Below, piece by piece: positions 40,934 to 49,204 of a stretch of 64,000 nt of DNA. The position numbers were made by a program, and so were the translations under genes. The DNA comes from an uncultured Gemmatimonadaceae bacterium. GTDB lineage: Bacteria; Gemmatimonadota; Gemmatimonadetes; Longimicrobiales; Gaopeijiaceae. The stretch spans positions 3,446,436-3,510,435 of the forward strand of contig CAWBNF010000001.1 in the NCBI GenBank assembly GCA_963790115.1. Direction: 5' to 3'. Each line of letters starts with the position of its first letter. The stretch's first letter is position 1. Under the pieces are notes generated by a model. It made no database searches. It saw only the letters and a list, made by a program, of their open reading frames with translations, and was not told the DNA's origin.

Positions 40934-41703
40934 GGGCCCACTCCCTGAGTCTTGCGTACGTCGACGCCCCATCCGCTCAGCGCGGCTTTGAGCTCGCCCA
41001 CCGTGGTGAGCGCGTCGTGCAGAATGCCCGCGACCAGCGCGGCCGACGCGTGGCCTTCCCGGAACGCGTCGCGAAGGTGCTCCGCCCGCCCCGCGCCGCC
41101 GGAGGCGATGACGGGCACGGGAACGCTGTCCGCGACCGCCCGCGTGAGGTCGAGCTGGTAGCCGCTGCGGGCGCCGTCCTGGTCGATCGAGGTCAGGAGG
41201 ATCTCGCCCGCGCCGCGCTGCTCGCACTCCGCCGCCCACTCGACGGCGTCGAGCTCGGTCGGCTCGGTGCCCCCGTGCGTATAGCACCGCCACCGGCCGT
41301 CCTCGCGAGCCGCGTCGATGCTCGCGACCACGCACTGGCTGCCGAAGCGCTCCGCCCCGATCGAGAGGAGCTCGGGATCGCGCACCGCCGCGGTGTTCAC
41401 GCTGATCTTGTCGGCGCCGGCACGGAGCAGCGGGCCGATGTCGTCAGCGGAGCGCACGCCGCCTCCGACGGTGAGCGGCACGAAGAGCCGCTCGGCCGTG
41501 CGCCGCACGACGTCGAGCAGCGTGCCGCGCTCTTCCTTGGACGCCGACACGTCCAGGAACACGACCTCGTCGGCCCCCTCGGCCTCGTAGCGCGCGGCGA
41601 GCTCCACCGGGTCGCCCACGTCGCGAAGGTTCTTGAACTGGGTGCCCTTCACGACGCGCCCGTCTTTCACGTCCAGGCACACGATCACGCGCGGATGGAG
41701 CAT
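40930..41703 (-). CDS. hisF: Imidazole glycerol phosphate synthase cyclase subunit
   Basis: ORF 40930..41703 is intact: [39 protein letters not shown]. Confidence 0.93.
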   Translation of the reverse strand: MLHPRVIVCLDVKDGRVVKGTQFKNLRDVGDPVELAARYEAEGADEVVFLDVSASKEERGTLLDVVRRTAERLFVPLTVGGGVRSADDIGPLLRAGADKISVNTAAVRDPELLSIGAERFGSQCVVASIDAAREDGRWRCYTHGGTEPTELDAVEWAAECEQRGAGEILLTSIDQDGARSGYQLDLTRAVADSVPVPVIASGGAGRAEHLRDAFREGHASAALVAGILHDALTTVGELKAALSGWGVDVRKTQGVGP

Positions 41704-41793
41704 CAGCCGGCCGCCGAAGAATGGGAGCGCCGCCGCAACCCGGGACTCATCAGATTATCTCCACAGTGTAGTTGGGCGCAGCGGCGTCGCCTG

Positions 41794-42336
41794 CTAGTCG
41801 AGCCGCTCGATGTTCACCGAGCCCTTGGTGCTGAACACGGCGTCGCCCTCGGCGAGCGCCTGCCTGAGCGCCATGCCCGTGGCCTTGATGGCCGCTTCGA
41901 CCATATGGTGGCGGTCCTTTCCGCGCAGCACGCGCACGTGGAGGGTCGCGCCCAGGTTGGTCGCGAAGGAGTGCAGGAAGTGCGCGTAGAGCTTCGACGG
42001 CAGCTTGCCCACGTAGTAGGGTCGCCCTCCGACGTCGATCGCCGCCTCGACGAGCGCCTCGTCCATGGGGATCTGCGCCCAGCCGTAGCGGGTGGCCTTG
42101 GCGGGCACCTCGTCGGCCAGCGCGAGCCCGAGCACGATCGCCACGTCCTCGATCAGGTGGTGGCGCAGGTCGCCCGTCGCCTCGATCGTCGACGTCCACG
42201 CCCGCATAGCGCGCGAGCGTCTCGACCATGTGCGCGAGGAAGCGGTCGTCGATGTCGACCTTCGCCACGCCCGGTCGCCGACGCGCACGTCCGCGACGAT
42301 CTGCGTCTCCTTGGTCTCCCTCTTCAGCTTGCTCAT
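41794..42336 (-). pseudogene. hisB: Imidazoleglycerol-phosphate dehydratase, two frameshifts
   Basis: ATG 42336: MSKLKRETKETQIVADVRVGD. It then switches to the frame of ORF 41750..42268 (AKVDIDDRFLAHMVETLARYAGVDVD), and back to ORF 41794..42429 (EATGDLRHHLIEDVAIVLG...RHHMVEAAIKA). Confidence 0.88.
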
Positions 42337-43074
42337 GGGGTCTTCGCCGTGTTTGCGCCGCCGCCCCAACGGGCGGCGACGTCGCTCGGGTTCAAGCGTC
42401 TCGGTGTAGAGCGCCATCCCCAGGACCACGCCGGCGGCGCCGGCCTCGTCCAGGTACTCCAGCTCGTCGCGGCGTCGTCACGCCGCCCGACGCCCAGACG
42501 GGGTGCGGGCTGAGCGTGATGACGCGGCCGGCCGCCTCGCGGTCGATGCCCTCGAGGCGGCCCTCCCGCCCCACGTTGGTCGAGAGGATTCCGGCCAGCG
42601 GGAGGGGCTCGAGGCCGGGCAGGTAGGTCGCGAGCTCGAGCGGAGACTCCTCGGTCCATCCCTTGCGCAGGATGCGCCCGTCCTTGGTGTCGAGCGCGAC
42701 CATGACGCGTCCGGGGTGGGCGCGCGCCAGCTGCTGCCAGCCACTCGGGGTCGTCCAGCGCGCGCGTGCCCACGACCATGCGGTCTGCACCCGCGTCGAG
42801 GAGCGCGTCGGCTCTCGCTTCGTCGCGTACGCCGCCCCCGACCTGCGTCTCGGCCGGCGTCGCGCGGATCACGTCGAGGATCACATCGAGATTGTCGCCG
42901 GTTCCCAGCGCCGCGTCGAGATCCACGACGTGCAGGGTGCCGAAGCCGGCTGGCGTGCCAGCGCTCCGCCACGGCGACGGGGTCGGGAAGCGAGACGGCG
43001 ACGTCGTCGGGGCGCCCGCCCACGAGCTGCACGCAGCGGCCGCCCTTCAGGTCGACGGCGGGGGCCGCGATCAC
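42333..43074 (-). pseudogene. hisA: ProFAR isomerase, at least three frameshifts
   Basis: GTG 43074 overlaps the hisH stop: VIAAPAVDLKGGRCVQLVGG. The other pieces are in ORFs 42333..42926 (DLDAALGTGDN...VGGGVR) and 42392..42790 (VALDTKDGRILRKGW...ILSTNVGREG). Confidence 0.85.
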
Positions 43075-43676
43075 AGGGCCTCCTCTGCGGCCGCGACGAA
43101 GTTCGAGATGATGCGGCGGCCGGGGTCGGAGCTCTTCTCCGGGTGGAACTGGAGGCCCCACGTGTTCGCGCGCCGCGCACCGGCGGCGAAGCGGATGCCG
43201 TCGTACTCGGACCAGGCGATCGCGTCCGCGTCGTCGTCGGGGACGCATACGTAGGAGTTGGCGTAGTACGCGACCAGATCGCGCACGCCGTCGGAAGAGG
43301 GGATCGTTCCCCGTCTCCACGTCGTTCCACCCCATCTGCGGCACGATGCGCGCGTCGAGCAGCTCCACCTTTCCAGGCAGGAGGCCGATGCCGGAGCCCT
43401 CGGACTCCTCGGACTCCTCGAAGAGGAGCTGCATGCCGAGGCAGATTCCCAGGCAGGGCATTCCGGCCGCGAGCGCGGCGCGAATCGGCGCACGGTCGGC
43501 GAGGAAGCGCCGCCGCCGCGGCGCCGAACGCTCCGACGCCCGGCAGCACGAGCGCGTCCTGGGCGAGGGCTTCGCTCCAATCGGCGGTCACGCGTGACCC
43601 GCGCGCCGGCGCCCTCGAGCGCCTTGCCCAGGGAGTGCAGGTTGCCGGCCCCGTAGTCGAAGAGCGCGACTCTCAT
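43071..43676 (-). pseudogene. hisH: Imidazole glycerol phosphate synthase glutaminase subunit, at least four frameshifts
   Basis: MRVALFDYGAGNLHSLGKAL (ORF 43071..43676), LVLPGVGAFG (ORF 42881..43591), PCLGICLGMQLLFE (ORF 42478..43461), and a C-terminal GLQFHPEKS. Confidence 0.85.
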
Positions 43677-44752
43677 CGCGTGCCACCTCCTTCAGCGCCG
43701 CGAGGCGGCGATCCAGGGCTTCGAGGAACGTGTCGAGGAGCGGCCACGGCCCCACCGTCACGCGAAGGCCCTCCCCGATCCCCGGAATCCGCGTGAACGG
43801 CCTCACCTGGACGCCGTCTTCGCGGAGCGCTCCCGCGTCTTCCGCGGCCGAGCCCGAAGGCGCGCGAAAGAGGATGAAGTTGGCGCGCGAGGGGAGGGGC
43901 TCGAGGCCGCGCGCACCGAGCGCGTCCTGAAGGCGCGTCCGGTTCTCGACGCACTCGGCCACCCGGTCCGTCCACCCAGCCCTGCTCGTCGCGCATGGCC
44001 GCGACCACGACCTCCGCGGTGAGTCGGGAGACCTTGTACGGTCCGCGCGACTTCTCGACCTCGAGCACGGTCTCGGGCCGTCCGATCGCGAAGCCGCAGC
44101 GCAGGCCGGCGAGCCCGTAGGCCTTCGAGCACGTCCGCGCCACGAGGACCTTGGGCTCGCTGGTCGCGAGGTCGATCAGGGTCTCGCCCGCGAAGTCGGC
44201 GTAGGCCTCGTCGATGATGACGAGCGGGCCGTCGGCGGGGCGGGCGTCCAGGAGGCTCGCAACCCAATCCGCGGGGGCGGAGCCTCCGGTCGGGTTGTTG
44301 GGGCGGCACACGTAGACGACGGCCGGATCGTCCTGGAGGAGGGCGCCCGGGATCGCGCAGGGCGTCGGCCCTGGTCGACCGCGTGGGGCTCCATCCCGTT
44401 CATGCGCGCGAAGTCGCCCACCATGGAGAACGTGGGCGTCGGCGTACGCGACGACGGCGCCGGGCGCGGCGGCGGCCCGAAAGGCCGAGTCGAGGATGTC
44501 GTCGGAGCCGGCGCCGGTCGTGACGCATGCGACGTCGACGCCGAAGCGGTCGGCCGCGGCGGAGCGCAGCGTATTCGCGTAGACCTCGGGGTAGCACCGG
44601 AGGTCGTCCGGCGTCGCTGCGCGCATCCGCTCGAGCGCCGCCGGGTGCGGGCCCCACAGGTTGGTGTTGTCGCTCAGGTCGACGGGGACCGGGCGTCTGC
44701 CCGGGTCGTAGTGGCGGAGCGATGCGTAGTCCGGCGCGGGGAAGGGGGTCAC
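43673..44752 (-). pseudogene. hisC: Histidinol-phosphate aminotransferase, at least three frameshifts
   Basis: GTG 44752 lies 5 nt after GGAGG and overlaps the hisD stop. The pieces are LSDNTNLWGPHP..., VYVCRPNNPTG, IIDEAYADF and the PLP-lysine motif TCSKAYGLAGLRCG. The C-terminal piece is in ORF 43588..43962. The exact stop is uncertain. Confidence 0.8.
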
Positions 44753-46010
44753 GAGGACCTCCTGGCGGCCGCCGCGGCCGCGTGCGCCGGCAGGCCTTCG
44801 GCGCCGGCGAGCGACTTCGACGTCGGACGCCAGCGCTCCGGCGCCCGCGGCGCTGATCTCCTGGATCGTGTAGCTGCGCAGGTAGTGCGCGGTGGACAGC
44901 CCCGAGAAGCTGTGGGCCCGTCCTCCGGTGGGGAGCACGTGGTTGGCGCCGGTCAGGTAGTCCCCGAACGCCACGGAGGCGAACGGCCCGACGAACGTCG
45001 TGCCGGCGGTGCGCACGCGACGGGCGTCGGCGTGCCGCGTCGGCCGTCATGACGCTCAGGTGCTCGGGCGCGTAGCGGTTCACGAAGGCGATCGCCTCGT
45101 CGAGCGAGTCGGCCAGGAGGATCGCGCCGGCGCCCTCGAGCGCGGCGGCGCAGATCCCGGAGCGGGGGGTGGACGCGAGCTGCTCGGCCAGCGCGCGCCT
45201 CGGCGGCGCGGGCCAGCGTCGTCGGACGTGGTCACCAGCACGCACGCGGCGTCCGGATCGTGCTCGGCCTGGGCGAGGATCTCGGTGGCGACCAGGCGAG
45301 GATCCGCCCCGCCGTCGGCGAGAACCAGCACCTCGGAGGGGCCCGCCGGCGAGTCGATGAGCACCTGGCCGGCGACCTGGCGCTTGGCCTCGGTGACCCA
45401 GCGGTTGCCGGGTCCCACGACCGCGTCGGCGGCGGGGCACGACTCGGTGCCGTAGGCCAGCGCGGCGACCGCGCCGGCCCCGCCCACCGCGAAGAGCCGG
45501 TCCGCTCCGCCGATCACGCTGGCGGCGAGCACCTCCTTGGGTGGGAGCCCCGACGGCCCGGGCGGCGAGCAGACGATGACGTCCGCCACGCCCGCGGCCT
45601 TGGCCGGCACCACGCCCATGAGCACCGAGCTCGGGTAGGCGGCCCTCCCGCCGGGGGCGTACACGCCGACCCGGTCGAGGGGCGCCCAGGTGCGGGTCAC
45701 GCGCACGCCCGCCTCGACCTCGAGGGTGACGTCGGCGGGGACCTGGGCCTCGTGGAAGCGGCGGATGTTGTGGGCGGCGCGCTCGAGCGCGGTGCGGATT
45801 TGGGGCGACAGCTCGGCCACGGCGGCCTCGCGGATGCGGGCCGGGACCTCGAGCTGCCTCGAGGCGCACGCGGTCGAATCGCTCGGCCATCTCGAGGAGC
45901 GCCGCGTCACCCCGCTCCCGCACGTCCGCGATCAGACGGGCGACCGACTCGGCGAGCCGGGGATCGTCCCGGGGCGTCCGGTCGAGCAGCCGCTCGACCG
46001 TGGCGTGCAT
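44749..46010 (-). pseudogene. hisD: Histidinol dehydrogenase, at least four frameshifts
   Basis: The pieces are in ORFs 44400..46010 (MHATVERLL...DVRERGDAALLEMAERFD), 45080..45910 (VGVYAPGGRAAYPSSVLM...[12 protein letters not shown]...[11 protein letters not shown]...QAEHDP) and 43673..45016 ([23 protein letters not shown]). Confidence 0.85.
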
Positions 46011-46052
46011 CCAGGTCGGCGAGGCGCCCCCGGGCGAAGAGGCTCACCGCGC

Positions 46053-46935
46053 TCACGGCATCAGCCTCTCGATCCGGGTGACGAGGATGCCCTGCGCGCC
46101 GAGCTCCTTGAGCCGCGCGATCGTCTGGTAGACCAGCGTCGGCGTCGACCACCGCGTGCGCCGCCACCCACGAGCCCGAGTCGAGCACCTCGACGATGGT
46201 CGGCCCCGAGAGGCCGGGGATGACGTCGCGCACCTCGTCCAGCTTGGTCCCGCGGCACGTTGGCCATGAGGTACCGCTTCTCGGAAGCCCGCAGCACCGA
46301 CTCGAGCGCGGTGGTCGAGGTCGCCGATGAGCTGGCCGTTCTCGCCGGGTCCGCGACCGCCGTGCGGATTGCCGATGAGCCGCGCCGTGGACTCCAGCAC
46401 CGTGCCGATCTCGCGCAGCCCGTTCACGCGGAGCGTCGAGCCGGTCGAGGTGAGGTCGACGATCGCGTCGGCAACGCCGAGGTGCGGCGCGATCTCGGTG
46501 GCGCCGCTCACCGGGGCGATCGAGATCCGGATCCCGAGCGACTTGAAGAAGTCGGTGGCGCAGCGCGGAAACGACGTGGCGACCCGGGTGCCCGGCCGGA
46601 AGCTCGGACGCCGACGTGACAGTCGATTCCTCGCGCGCCGCGACCACGAGCCGGCACCGACCGAAGCCCAGATCGAGGAGCTCCGTGACGTCCCGGCCGC
46701 TCTCGGCGACGCAGTCCGCGCCGGTGACGCCGATCTCGGCCGCGCCGTCGGCGACGTACTCGGGGATGTCCTGCGCGCGCACGAAGATCGCCTGGAAGTC
46801 GTCTCCCAGCGACGCCACCAGCGCGCGGTCCGCTGCGAACGCCGGATGCAGCCCCGCGAGCTCGAAGAGCTCGAGGGCCCGCTCCGACAGCCGCCCCTTG
46901 CTGGGCAGCGCGACACGCATCGGTCTATTCGTCAT
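46053..46935 (-). pseudogene. hisG: ATP phosphoribosyltransferase (long form), at least four frameshifts
   Basis: MRVALPSKGRLSERALELF...FVRAQDIPEYV (ORF 45907..46935), PVSGATEIAPHLGVADAIVDLTSTGSTLR (ORF 46053..46916), and the C-terminal regulatory-domain pieces KRYLMANVP and LKELGAQGILVTRIERLM. Confidence 0.85.
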
Positions 46936-46970
46936 CAGCTCCGTTCCAATCGTCGAAAGAAATCGTCCCG

Positions 46971-47006
46971 AAAAAAAACCGCGACCCGTTCTCGACGGGC
47001 CGCGGT
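46971..47006 (-). terminator. Intrinsic terminator of the his leader (attenuator)
   Basis: The minus strand reads ACCGCGGCCCG-UCGAGAA-CGGGUCGCGGU (11 bp, one G:U) followed by eight U. It starts 24 nt after the leader stop and ends ~36 nt before the hisG start. Confidence 0.8.
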
Positions 47007-47030
47007 GGGTGCTCTGCTCGGATCTACGTC

Positions 47031-47108
47031 CTACGCGCGCACGACCTTCCCGCCACCCGTGTGGGCCGCGTGATGATGATGGTGCCGGACGTGGATCATC
47101 GTGTTCAT
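47031..47108 (-). CDS. hisL: His-rich leader peptide of the his operon (25 aa)
   Basis: The minus strand reads ATG AAC ACG ATG ATC CAC GTC CGG CAC CAT CAT CAT CAC GCG GCC CAC ACG GGT GGC GGG AAG GTC GTG CGC GCG TAG = MNTMIHVRHHHHHAAHTGGGKVVRA. That is 7 His, 5 of them consecutive. It is too short for the ORF track. Confidence 0.7.
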   Translation of the reverse strand: MNTMIHVRHHHHHAAHTGGGKVVRA

Positions 47109-47179
47109 GGGACGCCCAAGTTGTCTCGGGGCGGAGGGAGCGTCAAGGCTGGTGGGTCTTCGGACCATGGCAGTGACAC

Positions 47180-47208
47180 TTGCGTGGATAGCGCGTCAGT
47201 TATATAAC
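47180..47208 (+). promoter_or_regulatory. Candidate promoter plus palindromic operator of the arsR operon
   Basis: TTGCGT (47180-85), a 17-nt spacer, then TATAAC (47203-08). The -10 region lies within the perfect palindrome GTTATATAAC (47199-47208), 10 nt before the arsR ATG. This is an AT-rich island in GC-rich DNA. Confidence 0.45.
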
Positions 47209-47217
47209 TAGTACGTT

Positions 47218-47556
47218 ATGATAATCCCACACTCCTCCGACCGACTCGACGCCACCTTCTTCGCGCTGGCCGATCCGACCCGGCGCGCCATCCTCGCGCG
47301 CCTCGCGGAGGGGGAGGCCTCGGTGGCCGAGCTCGGCGAGCCGTTCGCGATGAGCCAGCCCGCGATCTCGCGGCACCTCAAGGTGTTGGAGCGCGCCGGG
47401 CTGGTGTCCGTCGGGCAAGACGGCCAGCGTCGCCCGCGGCGTCTCGAGCCCGAGGCGCTGGAGGCCGCGAGCGAGTGGATCGAGCGCTACCGCGAGATCT
47501 GGGAGGCCAACTTCCAGCGGCTGGATGCGGTGCTCGAGGAGCTGAAGAGGCGCTGA
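47218..47556 (+). CDS. ArsR/SmtB-family transcriptional regulator
   Basis: ORF 47218..47556: FFALADPTRRAILARLAEGEASVAELGEPFAMSQPAISRHLKVLERAGLV is a canonical ArsR wHTH. Confidence 0.9.
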   Translation: MIIPHSSDRLDATFFALADPTRRAILARLAEGEASVAELGEPFAMSQPAISRHLKVLERAGLVSVGQDGQRRPRRLEPEALEAASEWIERYREIWEANFQRLDAVLEELKRR

Positions 47557-47573
47557 GCGCCCAGGAGACGACG

Positions 47574-48014
47574 ATGCCGAAAATCACGCCATTTCTCTGG
47601 TTCAAGGTCCCGATGGAGGAGCCCCTCGCCTACTACGAGTCGATCTTCCGCGACTTCCGTGTGATCCAGCAGTCCCCGATGGGCGCCACGTTCGAGATCG
47701 AGGGCCAACGATTCCTGGCTTTCAACGGGGGGCCGCACTTCGACTTCAACGAGGCCGTCTCGTTCTTCATCGACTGCGAGGATCAGGCCGAGGTCGACTA
47801 CTACTGGGAGCGTCTCACCGCCGAAGGCGGACAGGAGAGCCGGTGCGGCTGGCTGAAGGACAAGTACGGGCTCTCGTGGCAGGTCATCCCGAAGGCGCTC
47901 AGCCGCTATCTCGGGGACCCCGACCGGGAGAAGGCCGGTCGCGTCCAGCAGGCGATGCTGCAGATGAAGAAGATCGACGTAGCCGCGCTGGAGCGTGCTG
48001 CCGACGCCGATTGA
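47574..48014 (+). CDS. VOC/PhnB-like (3-demethylubiquinone-9 3-methyltransferase domain) protein
   Basis: ATG 47574 follows AGGAGA: MPKITPFLWF...FEIEGQRFLAFNGGPHFDFNEAVSFFIDCEDQAEVDYYWERL...CGWLKDKYGLSWQV. Confidence 0.8.
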   Translation: MPKITPFLWFKVPMEEPLAYYESIFRDFRVIQQSPMGATFEIEGQRFLAFNGGPHFDFNEAVSFFIDCEDQAEVDYYWERLTAEGGQESRCGWLKDKYGLSWQVIPKALSRYLGDPDREKAGRVQQAMLQMKKIDVAALERAADAD

Positions 48015-48043
48015 ACAGACCTGTTTCCTGAAGGAGAGCATCG

Positions 48044-48556
48044 ATGGTCATGCACCTGGAGAAGGCGAAAGTGTCGCTCCCGAGCGACCGGGAGGTCAGC
48101 GTCACGCGGCAGTTCAACGCGCCGCGCGATCTGGTCTGGGAGGCCTACACCACGGCGGAGATCGTGCAGCGCTGGCTCCTCGGCCCGCCGGGTTGGACGA
48201 TGCCGGTCTGCGAGATGGACGTCAGGGTCGGCGGAGCGTACCGATGGGTATGGCGCTCCGACGACGAGGGGAGCGAGTTCGGCTTCCACGGCGCGTTCCG
48301 GGAGGTCGAGGCCCCGTCGAAGATCGTCCACACCCAGACGCATGACGCCGGCGACGTCGGCGCCGGCGCGGGTGAGTCCGACGAGGCGCTGATCACGGTC
48401 ACGCTGTCGGAGTCCGGCGGCATCACGACGTTGACCACGCTCATGGACTTCGGCTCGAAGGAAGCTCGGGACGCGGCGGTGTCGACCGGAATGACCGACG
48501 GGATGGAGATGAGCTATCAGGTGCTGGATGGGGTGCTGGCGGAGCGGGTGGGCTGA
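48044..48556 (+). CDS. SRPBCC/AHSA1-family (Activator of Hsp90 ATPase homolog 1-like) protein
   Basis: ORF 48044..48556 follows AAGGAGA: VTRQFNAPRDLVWEAYT..EIVQRWL...GGAYRWVW. This family is a typical partner of ArsR regulators. Confidence 0.8.
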   Translation: MVMHLEKAKVSLPSDREVSVTRQFNAPRDLVWEAYTTAEIVQRWLLGPPGWTMPVCEMDVRVGGAYRWVWRSDDEGSEFGFHGAFREVEAPSKIVHTQTHDAGDVGAGAGESDEALITVTLSESGGITTLTTLMDFGSKEARDAAVSTGMTDGMEMSYQVLDGVLAERVG

Positions 48557-48681
48557 AGGACCGTTGGGGTTTTTCACCCCTCCCACATGCCCGGAGCGTC
48601 TCGGTCTATCCGGAGGAGCGTGGGGCGTACGAGGGCCCACCCGACGTTCTCGCTCGCCGCGAGCGGTCCGGTCGCGGGCTC

Positions 48682-49125
48682 CTAAGAGACGTTCTGCTGC
48701 GTGTACTGCTCCACCCGTCGGATCCCCGGTCGGTAGCTGGCGAGCACGCGCACGGTGCCGTGCACGGGACGGGACGCCTCCTGGGTGGCCGCGAACAACA
48801 GCTCCACCGGCTGCTTGTCTTCGATCCGAAGACGCCCCTCGGCCAGCAGCCACCGGCTGTTCATCGACAGACCGAGCCCATCCGGAATGCGCAGCCCGAG
48901 CTCATCGGCCAGCTCGCGACTCACGCCGACGGATCGGACGATCACACCCTTGGTGAGCGGCAGGCGCTCCAGCCGCACCCGAACGCCCTCTGGCGCGCGC
49001 CGCGCGGTCACCTCGACGGCCCCGGAGTGGTCTCTTCCCGCCTCGTAGATCGGCACGAGGATCGCCGCCAGCACGAAGATCACGAAGACGATTCCGAGCA
49101 CGATGTCGAACGTTCCGGGCGGCAT
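48682..49125 (-). CDS. Hypothetical membrane-anchored protein
   Basis: ORF 48682..49125 has one N-terminal TM segment (IVLGIVFVIFVLAAILVPI). I recognise no family. Confidence 0.5.
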   Translation of the reverse strand: MPPGTFDIVLGIVFVIFVLAAILVPIYEAGRDHSGAVEVTARRAPEGVRVRLERLPLTKGVIVRSVGVSRELADELGLRIPDGLGLSMNSRWLLAEGRLRIEDKQPVELLFAATQEASRPVHGTVRVLASYRPGIRRVEQYTQQNVS

Positions 49126-49204
49126 GGCTCGCGGCCTCCTGGCGGTCGTCTGTGAGCGGGGTGGACGCGCCGTGCTCGACGCCCTTTAGCATTATCATCC
49201 ATCC

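Noticed and set aside
41704-41793. A 15-codon ORF ([18 protein letters not shown] at 41750 on the minus strand after GGAGA) between hisB and hisF, overlapping the hisF start
   Set aside because: It is too short and of arbitrary composition. It could aid translational coupling, but nothing supports a product.
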